Made by a program: the position numbers and the translations under genes. A DNA stretch of 64,000 bases from Candidatus Poribacteria bacterium (GTDB lineage Bacteria > Poribacteria > WGA-4E > WGA-3G): contig CBDANF010000002.1 of assembly GCA_965197475.1 (NCBI GenBank), forward strand, positions 64,001 through 128,000, given 5' to 3'. Below, one piece after another: positions 49,112 to 58,211 of this stretch. The first letter of the stretch is position 1, and every line of letters begins with the position of its first letter. Under the pieces are notes generated by a model that had not been told where the DNA came from, did no database searches, and saw nothing but the letters and a program-made list of their open reading frames with translations.

Positions 49112-50734
49112 ATGCCAACACTTGAATTCAACGGAAAACACCACATTTACACACACCACCTCACCGTTCCCTACCGACCACTTGAAAAAGACGAAAGTCG
49201 CTCTTGCAACCCAACCAGTGAAAACGATAACCTAATTATTCACGGCGACAACCTACACGCCTTAAAAGCATTACTTCCCCGCTATACGAACCGAATCAAG
49301 TGTATCTACATTGACCCACCCTACAACACCGGCAACGAAGGATGGGTTTACAACGACAACGTAAACAGTCCCTTGATGCAGGAATGGTTAAAAGAAAATG
49401 GACCAGTTGATGAAGAAGACCTTGAACGGCATGAAAAGTGGCTCTGTATGATGTGGCCCCGGTTGCATCTGCTCAAAGAACTTCTTGCCAAAGATGGCGT
49501 AATTTTTATCTCTATTGATGATAACGAACAACACCATTTACGATTGCTGATGGACGAGATATTTGGTCCTGATAATTTCGTAACGCAGTTCATATGGAAT
49601 AAGAAAAATGTTGTTCAGAACGACGCAAAATTCGCATCAGTCAATCATGAATATATCATTTGTTACCGTAAGAGTGATGACTTTCAACGGTTTAATCTTC
49701 TTCCGAGAAGCGAGAAAGCTAACCAGAGATACAAGAATCCTGATAACGATCCTCGTGGTCTTTGGCAGAGCGTAGCACTCCAAGCTAAAAGTGGTACACA
49801 AGCAAATGTATATACTGTGACATTTCCAAACGGTGTCACTTGGACACCTCCGAGTGGAACATTCCCTAAATTTTCAAAAGAAAATCTTTTATCACTTTAC
49901 AAAGAAGGGAGTTTATATTTCGGAGAAAAAGGTGAAAACGTCCCGCGTCTAAAAAAATATCTTTCTGATGTCATGCCGGGTATGGTATCAAACTCTATAT
50001 TAACAACAGATGAAGTAGGGTCCACACAGGCAGCTACCGAAACAGTAAAGAACATCATGGGAGACAACGTATTCAGTTCTCCGAAAGCCGTTGGACTTAT
50101 CCAACGTTTCCTGTTAATTTCTACCGGTCCCGACGACATCATCCTTGACTCCTTTGCAGGGAGCGGCACAACAGCCCATGCTGTCCTCGCCTTGAACAAA
50201 GAGGATGGTGGTAACCGTAAATTCATCCTCATTGAGTGTGAAGATTATGCCGACACCGTCACTGCTGAACGTGTCCGCCGCGTTATTAAGGGTGTTCCCG
50301 ATGCAAGTGACGATGGACTGCGCGAAGGGTTGGGAGGATCTTTTACCTATTGCACCTTGGGCGAACCGATTGAAGTTGAGGCGATGCTTACCGGAAAGAA
50401 GTTACCAACATACATGGCACTTGCTACTAATCTCTTGTTTACTTCTGCAGGTATTTCTATTAAGGGTGATACGTTGGAGCAGAAAAATGATGATGGACTT
50501 TTTTACAGTGATGACAAAAACGATTACTATCTGATTTACAAACAAGACTTTGAGTATTTACGCAGCAACGAAGCAATCCTAAATCTGGAGCATGCCAAAC
50601 GTATCCAAGATTCCAGTACCGAAAACGGCAAAAAAGCGATTGTCTACGCGGCAGGAAATTATATCGGACAGCGCGAACTCACAAAGATGGGAATTGCATT
50701 TTGCCAACTTCCATATTGCATACATGAAAGATAA
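49112..50734 (+). CDS. mod: Type III R-M adenine methyltransferase (Mod)
   Basis: IIHGDNLHALK, IYIDPPYNTG, IFISIDDNE, ILDSFAGSGTTAHAV. Confidence 0.92.
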   Translation: MPTLEFNGKHHIYTHHLTVPYRPLEKDESRSCNPTSENDNLIIHGDNLHALKALLPRYTNRIKCIYIDPPYNTGNEGWVYNDNVNSPLMQEWLKENGPVDEEDLERHEKWLCMMWPRLHLLKELLAKDGVIFISIDDNEQHHLRLLMDEIFGPDNFVTQFIWNKKNVVQNDAKFASVNHEYIICYRKSDDFQRFNLLPRSEKANQRYKNPDNDPRGLWQSVALQAKSGTQANVYTVTFPNGVTWTPPSGTFPKFSKENLLSLYKEGSLYFGEKGENVPRLKKYLSDVMPGMVSNSILTTDEVGSTQAATETVKNIMGDNVFSSPKAVGLIQRFLLISTGPDDIILDSFAGSGTTAHAVLALNKEDGGNRKFILIECEDYADTVTAERVRRVIKGVPDASDDGLREGLGGSFTYCTLGEPIEVEAMLTGKKLPTYMALATNLLFTSAGISIKGDTLEQKNDDGLFYSDDKNDYYLIYKQDFEYLRSNEAILNLEHAKRIQDSSTENGKKAIVYAAGNYIGQRELTKMGIAFCQLPYCIHER

Positions 50735-50743
50735 GGGGGAAGG

Positions 50744-53326
50744 ATGCTGGAATTAAAAACATATCAGCGCGATACACTCGACGCATTTAGCAATTGGTTA
50801 GAGGTGCTTAAAGAGGAGCGGCAAACTTCAAAAACTGCAATTGAACATTTAAAAGAAGCGGGGAGTAGTATTAGTGACGATGTTCTCAATGAAATAGGTA
50901 ATTATCCCAAAACTGCATGGAGGAAATTGAAAGAAAACGATGGCGTTGCAGCAACTGCAGGTGAATACGTTGATCGTAAGGATGGCGCAAATCGACCAAT
51001 TCCGCACATCTGTTTTAAAGTGCCGACAGGTGGCGGTAAAACACTGCTTGCAGCATCTGCTTTAGAACAACTGCATCGGCAGCGGGGACTGACATTGTGG
51101 GTTGTGCCAACAAAGGCTATCTTCGATCAAACGAAGGCTGCTTTGTGGAACAAAGAACACCCCTATCGTAAAGTTTTGGAACGTGCAAGTGCTGGGCGCG
51201 TCAAGATGCTGGAAAGAGAACATCCATTTAACAGAGATGACATTACTAATTACCTTTGTGTCATGCTACTCATGTTGCCAGCAGCGAATAAATCGCCTGA
51301 TAAAAAACTCAAAGACAAAGCGTACTACCGTATGTATAGAAATTCAGGGCGTTATTCAAGTTTTTTCCCCGACCATGACGATAACGAGGGCAATACCCTT
51401 ATGCAAGAGAAATACCCCGATCTTGATTATAACACTGAAGGAAACTTGCCTATGCAAAGTCTCTTTAACGTAATCAAGATACTTCATCCCGTAGTTGTTC
51501 TTGACGAGGCACATAAGGCTTATGGCACTAAAAATGGGCAGGAATTTGCAAGTTCTATTAACCGCCTTGACCCGCAAATGGTTATTGAACTCTCTGCTAC
51601 ACCGAACAGCGGCATTAGCAATTTGCTTGTTGATATTGCAGGCCCCGATCTGAAAAAAGAGGAAATGATTAAGTCACCAGTACAGGTATCATCATTTTCA
51701 GGTATGACGTGGCAAAATACGTTGAGCGAGGCTTCCAAGGAACTTGAAAGGCTTGATGAGGAGGCAAGTTTGCTTGAAAGCAGTACGGATCGGTATATCC
51801 GCCCCATTGCAGTTGTGCGCGTTGAGGTGACGGGTGCGAATCTGCAAGATGGCACGCGAATCCATGCCGAGCATGTTCGAGATTACCTTACACAAAATTT
51901 AAATGTGCAACCAGAGGCAGTACGTGTTAAATCCGCTTATAATGATCAACTCCGTGGGGAAAACCTACTATCCAAGGAATCACAGGTAAAATGGATAATT
52001 ACAAAATCTGCTTTGATGGAGGGATGGGACTGTTCGTTTGCATATCTGTTAGTAATGCTGGACAATACACGGTCGCAAAATGCAATTACGCAACTCATAG
52101 GAAGAGTAATGCGGCAACCACATGCACAACTTACGGGTAGAGAATCACTTGATCAATGTTACGTTTTTTGCAATGAGACCGATGTTGATGATGCCGTCAA
52201 GCAGGTTAAGAGGGGATTAGAATCACAAGGACTCACTGGCATGGAAGATAAAATATTTGCTAAGGGAAATACCCAGGATCAAGCAGATTTCAAAATGGAA
52301 AAGATACGCCGCCGCGAGCAATTTCGTGGGCAAGAGATTTATTTGCCAGTGGTACGTCATAAGGACGGTAACAAATGGATTCAACTCAATTATCAGGCAC
52401 ATATTTTGCCACATATAGATTGGCTTAGTATTAAACCACCCGATCTGAATGCGTCAGCACCCGACGGACCAAGATTGCGAACAGCAACAGTTCCTATTGA
52501 CGATGTACCGCCTATTTTCCATGACGATCAAGAGCCTTATGTTGAAAAAGAGGTTAGTGTAGCCGATTTTGCGCTCAGTTTGATTGACATTGTGTCAAAT
52601 CCATGGCAAGCTGCTCGCATTGCAGAAGAATTGGTAGAAGGTCTAAAAACAAGTGGAGATACTGATGAAAAAATCTACGATAGACGTTCTTATCTCATTC
52701 CTATGTTGCATGAACACGTTGCAAATGAATTAGAAAATCAAGCTGAACAAATTTTTCGAAAAAAGTTGGATACTGCCGAAATTCAATTTGACTTAGAGGT
52801 AGGTGATCCGAATTATAAACTGCGACAAAATTACAAAATTGAGGTACACGCCAATCAGAATTTACTTACAAAATATGGTAAACCTGTTCAACTCAGTCTG
52901 TTTGAACCAATGTATGAGTATCCTTCAGATAACGAATTAGAAAAGAAATTTGCACATTTCCTTGATGGTGAGAAAGCACTGCAATGGTGGCATCGGGTCA
53001 TAGCGCGTCAACAGGGAGAATATTACGTGCAAGGTTGGAAAGATAGGCGCATTTACCCCGACTTCGTTGCAATGGCGAAGGAAATTGAAGGCATGACGCG
53101 TGTTCTGATTTTTGAGACAAAAGGAGAACATTTGGAAGGTAACCGTGACACAGAGTACAAGGAGAAAGTATTGACAATACTTGAAGAAGCGTTTAATAAC
53201 TCTGGCACTATAAAAATGTGTGAAAAAACGACTCATACAGGTATCTTTAATTTGGTTTTCAACGAGCAGCAGTTTGCAGAAATATCTGCCCAGTTGAATG
53301 AAGGCGCATATTCTACGGAAAATTAG
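50744..53326 (+). CDS. res: Type III restriction enzyme Res subunit
   Basis: KVPTGGGKT, LDEAH, ELSATP, EGWD, QLIGRVMRQP, C-terminal YPDF...FETKG nuclease. Confidence 0.9.
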   Translation: MLELKTYQRDTLDAFSNWLEVLKEERQTSKTAIEHLKEAGSSISDDVLNEIGNYPKTAWRKLKENDGVAATAGEYVDRKDGANRPIPHICFKVPTGGGKTLLAASALEQLHRQRGLTLWVVPTKAIFDQTKAALWNKEHPYRKVLERASAGRVKMLEREHPFNRDDITNYLCVMLLMLPAANKSPDKKLKDKAYYRMYRNSGRYSSFFPDHDDNEGNTLMQEKYPDLDYNTEGNLPMQSLFNVIKILHPVVVLDEAHKAYGTKNGQEFASSINRLDPQMVIELSATPNSGISNLLVDIAGPDLKKEEMIKSPVQVSSFSGMTWQNTLSEASKELERLDEEASLLESSTDRYIRPIAVVRVEVTGANLQDGTRIHAEHVRDYLTQNLNVQPEAVRVKSAYNDQLRGENLLSKESQVKWIITKSALMEGWDCSFAYLLVMLDNTRSQNAITQLIGRVMRQPHAQLTGRESLDQCYVFCNETDVDDAVKQVKRGLESQGLTGMEDKIFAKGNTQDQADFKMEKIRRREQFRGQEIYLPVVRHKDGNKWIQLNYQAHILPHIDWLSIKPPDLNASAPDGPRLRTATVPIDDVPPIFHDDQEPYVEKEVSVADFALSLIDIVSNPWQAARIAEELVEGLKTSGDTDEKIYDRRSYLIPMLHEHVANELENQAEQIFRKKLDTAEIQFDLEVGDPNYKLRQNYKIEVHANQNLLTKYGKPVQLSLFEPMYEYPSDNELEKKFAHFLDGEKALQWWHRVIARQQGEYYVQGWKDRRIYPDFVAMAKEIEGMTRVLIFETKGEHLEGNRDTEYKEKVLTILEEAFNNSGTIKMCEKTTHTGIFNLVFNEQQFAEISAQLNEGAYSTEN

Positions 53327-53417
53327 CATAGTATACATCCAAGCAAGACTAAATTAAACATAATAAAGTTACGTGTATATGCTATAATAACCGTAAAATC
53401 TATTTTGGAGCGCGGAG

Positions 53418-55541
53418 ATGGTAATTGCTGTAGATGCAGCGTCCCTTGACAAACGTAACCGAACAGAGCAGCAACTTTTCGCAGTTGTTGAGCAGAACAC
53501 CCCCGACTCAGTAAAAACACCCCTTTTTCCGCAAGACGACCCCGATGCATTCACGTTCATGCTCAACAAAGAACTGATTGAACGGCTAAACCTTTGGGAA
53601 TGGTATCGCAATTATGCGAAGGAAGCACAGGTGTCAACCGCTGGGATACGTGGTCCACAAAACATTCTCTATCCGTGGGATACGCGCTTTCCGATTAATC
53701 AGGTTGGCATAATCTTGGCGACACTTGGAAAGAGTCTTGTGGCAAAGGAATCATCAGGTGGGAAACTTATTGAGAAACTTGCAGGATGTGAGGTGCGCTA
53801 CAACTCACGAAAATATGTTGAGTTCATTGCTCGCATTCAGGCGGCGCAAGGTATACGGACTTATGTGCCGAAAGCGTTTGGTACATTGCCGATTTGGATG
53901 GCATCGTTCCTTATTTTCATGCTTGACTTGGATGGCGGTGAGCATGTTACATCAAGCCACTCTGTTAGCACTAAAAATGCAACAAAGGATCTCAACAATC
54001 AGGGGAGTCAATACCTGCCCGAAGAATCTATGCGCTTCGTCAAAAAGATTGAGGAGATTCTCAAAACTGCTGACACAGAGAGGTATCCGATTCAGTTCAG
54101 CGCAGCCACTGACGAACATATTGATTTTGAACGATTAGACGAACTCCACGATGGCGTACAGCTTTATGTCGGTTATCTCAAAAGTGGTGTTGCTACAGAT
54201 ACAAATCTCAGCCTTATCCGCGAGACGAAACCTCCCATAGTTGTCGATTGTGTGGGTGGATGTATGTATCGTCCGATGCGTGCGATCTTTGAACGTTTAG
54301 GCATCGCTGGCTCTGTCCGTTGGCTGCATGTTGAGGCAGACCCACTCTATCATAACATCGGAAAACTGGATCGAAATCCGAAAACAGGTGAGGCGGAATT
54401 CTACGACCTCGGATGCGATTTTAGCATACTTAATGTTGTCAAATCTGCTGAGTATGGGACGAAACTCAAGGGACAACCTATCGGAATAATCATTGAGGCA
54501 ACCGATCCAGATGGAGACCGACTCATTGTTTGTCAAATTGAAGAGGTATCGCGTGCCGAAACACTACAACGTCTCGGGGTTGATTTTCTAATGCTTGACG
54601 ATAATCGGTTGTTGACGATTTACACCCCTAATCAGGCGTTTCTGATGTTGATGGACTTCCACACAAAACAACTTAAAGCATCAGGACTTTGGGAACATCA
54701 TCCGCGCTTCATGATTAAAACAACTCCTTCCGCACTTGCTTGGGACCAATGGGCTGCGTCTAATGGGGTGAACGTGATTAATGTACCGGTCGGTTTCAAA
54801 GAGATCGCCTCAATTATGAAAAAGATTGAGCGGCAGATCGCCAATACGCCAGATGCATCGGTTGTTATCCAAGATGTTTACGGTGAAACGATTTCACTCG
54901 GTGTGCAGCCACGACTAATCTTCGCAGGCGAAGAAAGCGGAGGGATGATTACCGGTCCTGAAAAACTTATCCAGAGTCACGGTGGTAGGAAGGCAATCGC
55001 AATGCGGGAAAAATCGGCAGGTGAATCCATGGTGTTGGTTACAGCACTTGCCGCACATTGCAAACAGGCGAACATTCCTTTGTCCGACTATCTCGCTTCA
55101 GTATTTAGAGATAGTCAGATTATCGCAACGTGTGATGTAAGAGAGGACATTACCTACTATAACGAATCTGAACCGAATCCTGAAAAACTGCATGAAGCAA
55201 AACGTGAAGGCGAAGCAATACGTGATAAAAACGACCTATTTTTTCTTGGAATTGCTATTGCACTCCGCGAAGGGAAAATAGACATGGAGCAAGTCCGTGC
55301 TATCCTCTCCGATGCCCTCCCGGAACTGGATTTCACAAAGCTTGAGAGCGTCCACTTCGTAGGTGATGGGACTTATTTTAAGTTTGCAGATAAGTTCGTT
55401 GAGGTCCGAAAATCAGGAACAGATGCAAAGACAAAAGCCTACGCCTCTGGTGGTGATAAAGAGGAATGTCGGCGTTATGCCAAAGCCTTTGGTGAAACGA
55501 GTGGAGATCTGACCGAACTTTACCGCGCACAAATTGGATAG
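53418..55541 (+). CDS. Divergent phosphoglucomutase/phosphomannomutase-family protein
   Basis: STAGIRG, TSSHS, TDPDGDR, VGFK, GEESGG, RKSGT. Confidence 0.8.
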   Translation: MVIAVDAASLDKRNRTEQQLFAVVEQNTPDSVKTPLFPQDDPDAFTFMLNKELIERLNLWEWYRNYAKEAQVSTAGIRGPQNILYPWDTRFPINQVGIILATLGKSLVAKESSGGKLIEKLAGCEVRYNSRKYVEFIARIQAAQGIRTYVPKAFGTLPIWMASFLIFMLDLDGGEHVTSSHSVSTKNATKDLNNQGSQYLPEESMRFVKKIEEILKTADTERYPIQFSAATDEHIDFERLDELHDGVQLYVGYLKSGVATDTNLSLIRETKPPIVVDCVGGCMYRPMRAIFERLGIAGSVRWLHVEADPLYHNIGKLDRNPKTGEAEFYDLGCDFSILNVVKSAEYGTKLKGQPIGIIIEATDPDGDRLIVCQIEEVSRAETLQRLGVDFLMLDDNRLLTIYTPNQAFLMLMDFHTKQLKASGLWEHHPRFMIKTTPSALAWDQWAASNGVNVINVPVGFKEIASIMKKIERQIANTPDASVVIQDVYGETISLGVQPRLIFAGEESGGMITGPEKLIQSHGGRKAIAMREKSAGESMVLVTALAAHCKQANIPLSDYLASVFRDSQIIATCDVREDITYYNESEPNPEKLHEAKREGEAIRDKNDLFFLGIAIALREGKIDMEQVRAILSDALPELDFTKLESVHFVGDGTYFKFADKFVEVRKSGTDAKTKAYASGGDKEECRRYAKAFGETSGDLTELYRAQIG

Positions 55542-55654
55542 AGCTACTTAGGCGATGTTAAAAGCAAAGCACGGGAGATTTATGATGCGTTTCAATCCGC
55601 TTAGCGCGAAATATCGCGAATATAGTAGATTGGGCAGTGCGACCACAATTTATC

Positions 55655-57022
55655 TTAAAATGTGCTATCGCGGTTAGTCAATGGACACCATCGCGTTGTA
55701 TGGAGGTAACGCAGTAATACATCTTTTGCGGCTGGCGTGCCAATACGGTGAAGCGCGTGCACCGCATTACCACGGATATAGCGGTTTCCGTCAAAAAGTA
55801 GATTTTCCAAACCTTCAACGGCATCCGCAGCATTCTCCCCAATCCGAGACAGAGCAAACACAGCATTACGCCTAACACCTTCATTCGGATCTTCCAATGC
55901 CTTTGTCAGAGCCGGAACTGCTAACGCGCTTGATTGACTCGTTGTGCCTAACGCCTCAATCGCGCGTGCCTGGACAGAGGCTGATTCGTCCTGTAACGTT
56001 TCAACTAAAGCGGGTACAGCAGGTTCCGCCTTCGTCCCAAGGTCTCCGAGTGCTTCTGCAGCGTTTGCGCGAACGTGTTCAGGGGAATATTTCAACGCAT
56101 TCCTTAACTCTCCAACAGCGGGGGCACCAACTGCATTCAGCGCATAACATGCGTTTCTACGCGTCATATCCGATTCTTCATAAAGACATCTCACCAATGC
56201 CGGTACAGCTTTTTCTCCAAACTTTGGCATTTGATATGCAGCGTGCAATCCTGTCGATTCAGTAGTGCTGTTCAACGCGCTGATAAAATCCGATAACGGT
56301 CCGCCATTGGGTGAAGCATCGTCGTTCTTTGATCCGAGGTGCCAGTTCCAAAGATGTTTAAACATCTCCTGATGTGCAGCCGGTCCGAGGGCTGTCCCAT
56401 CTGCCCATTCTGTTTCTTTATTTGCCCATGTAGGCTCCTGTGGCTCTGCCATCCGGGCATAGAGAAACTTCATCATGTAACGTCTTTTGTCAGTTTGATT
56501 CGGCATGGCACGATGCCATAAGTCATAGTTAGCGAATGCAACAGTTCCCGCTTTCCCAGTGACGGGTTGTTCAGGGGATACTTGTGAGCCTTCCTGCGTG
56601 CTGAAGTAATGACTTATTGGAACAACACCGGTAGGTCCACGTTCAACAGGTGTATCTTGTGGGTAATAGAACACGAGTAGCCTACGTGTATGGTGCGACC
56701 ATCGCTTGCCACCATCTTGATGCAGGCCTTGTCCATTGCTACCGGGCGGATTGTAATGCGGATGCCGATGCGGTTGCATATAGTTATCGGGTCCCAACAG
56801 ACTCGTCAAAGCCCCTTTTACATTCACATCGTCAAAAACCCTCTGAATCTTTGGTATCCGTGGCAAAAGGTTATTGCCTGGATTGCCTTCTTTGTCAAAC
56901 ACAGCAACCGTTTTTTCAAAAATATCATCGTGAAACGCTGGCGGCAACGCTGTCGTAACGGTGACAAACCCGTTCACGATAAAATGCCGCATCTGCGCGC
57001 CAGTTAAGAGGTTTTCTGCCAT
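55655..57022 (-). CDS. PhyH-family dioxygenase fused to HEAT/PBS-lyase repeats
   Basis: LHQDG, GPTGVVPISH, DLWHRA; C-terminal VRANAAEALG..AVPALV repeats. Confidence 0.85.
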   Translation of the reverse strand: MAENLLTGAQMRHFIVNGFVTVTTALPPAFHDDIFEKTVAVFDKEGNPGNNLLPRIPKIQRVFDDVNVKGALTSLLGPDNYMQPHRHPHYNPPGSNGQGLHQDGGKRWSHHTRRLLVFYYPQDTPVERGPTGVVPISHYFSTQEGSQVSPEQPVTGKAGTVAFANYDLWHRAMPNQTDKRRYMMKFLYARMAEPQEPTWANKETEWADGTALGPAAHQEMFKHLWNWHLGSKNDDASPNGGPLSDFISALNSTTESTGLHAAYQMPKFGEKAVPALVRCLYEESDMTRRNACYALNAVGAPAVGELRNALKYSPEHVRANAAEALGDLGTKAEPAVPALVETLQDESASVQARAIEALGTTSQSSALAVPALTKALEDPNEGVRRNAVFALSRIGENAADAVEGLENLLFDGNRYIRGNAVHALHRIGTPAAKDVLLRYLHTTRWCPLTNRDSTF

Positions 57023-57182
57023 TTTCTTTTCCTCCAAAGGTTTGGTATCTATCTAAACTAAACTATCCTAACCCAAAATTACTAAAGTTTGGACAATTTC
57101 TGTCCGTTTCATGTTGTGTTTTCAAGTGTTTTCTATTTTTCTACGAGTTTTGTGCGAAGTTGTAACTCACAGAAAACTATTA

Positions 57183-57584
57183 TAACGTGAGTTCGGTGTA
57201 AAAGATATGAAATTCTTAATGCTTTGATTTCTACTCCCATAGCCGCGGCAGGTGCGGCTTCTAACCGCACCATAAGCATCAATTTAAGGGAATTAACGGA
57301 TTTTCTGGATGTATTTAGCCCCAGCGGGGCGATATGTTTATAGAAACATAGGTTTCCCCAGGTATAAGCCCCAGCGGGGCGATATGTTTATAGAAACATA
57401 GGTTTCCCCAGGTATAAGCCCCAGCGGGGCGATATGTGATGGGAACAAGTAGGTTGAAATAATATACATACCGCTCCTACGGAGATCAAGAGATTGATAA
57501 CCTTGTTTTCTATAAACATATCGTCCCTACGGGACTAAAGAGGATATCTCATTCTCCAAAATTGCGGACACCGAACTCACGTTA
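57183..57584. mobile_element. Nested MITE with 17-bp TIR containing a REP cassette
   Basis: TAACGTGAGTTCGGTGT...ACACCGAACTCACGTTA, with target duplication relative to the empty site CTATTATAGG seen at ~16220. Confidence 0.8.
57317..57437. repeat. 50-bp tandem repeat (about 2.4 copies) of a REP-like unit
   Basis: AGCCCCAGCGGGGCGATATGTTTATAGAAACATAGGTTTCCCCAGGTATA twice, plus a 21-bp partial copy. Confidence 0.9.
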
Positions 57585-57731
57585 TTATAGGTTCAGCAAA
57601 GGCAGCCCCAGCGGGGCAACAGGTGTAAAGAATGTAGATGGAACCACGGTATTTCTATTGAACCCAATTCACACTACAGTTCCCAAATTGTCCAAAGTTT
57701 AGTATATTTATCGGAAGAAAGAACCAGAGTC

Positions 57732-58193
57732 TTAATAACGCTGCATGTCTTGGTCAATTTCTCTTGCCCACCTATCAATTCCACCAACGACGCTGAGTAC
57801 CGACTTGAAGCCGAGTTGTTGTAGAAGATATGCGGCATCAAGACTCCGCATCCCGTGATGACAATAAACGACGACCTCATCTACCGACGAGAGTTCACCA
57901 AACCGCCTCGGTAGTTCACCCAACGGAATAGACACTGCCCCCTCAATATGAGTGAGTTTATACTCCCATTCTTCCCGGACATCCAGCAAGGTAAAATCCC
58001 TGTCAGCATCTATCATCCGTTTAAGTTCATTTGGAAGAATAGTGTATTCCTCTGGGTCATAAGGTAGGATTGCCTCTTCTACACTCGGTGCCACCCGCGG
58101 TAGATATCTATCGCGTGAGTTTAGTCTGACAGAATCCCAGATTTTGTGGAATACTTCTCTGATATACTTAAACATTTCTTGCTTTTCATTCAA
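57732..58193 (-). CDS. Rhodanese-domain protein
   Basis: LLDVREEWE...HIEGA, VVYCHHGMRS, GGIDRW. Confidence 0.9.
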   Translation of the reverse strand: MNEKQEMFKYIREVFHKIWDSVRLNSRDRYLPRVAPSVEEAILPYDPEEYTILPNELKRMIDADRDFTLLDVREEWEYKLTHIEGAVSIPLGELPRRFGELSSVDEVVVYCHHGMRSLDAAYLLQQLGFKSVLSVVGGIDRWAREIDQDMQRY

Positions 58194-58211
58194 AGGTAAA
58201 AATACTTATTA

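Larger units (their letters stand above)
57080..57706. mobile_element. MITE family B copy carrying a nested element
   Basis: Ends TACTAAAGTTTGGACAATTT / AAATTGTCCAAAGTTTAGTA; both arms match 16094-16326 in reverse. Confidence 0.75.

Noticed and set aside
57317-57437. Possible mini CRISPR array
   Set aside because: The units are identical along their whole length (no unique spacers), lie inside a MITE, and no cas genes are present.
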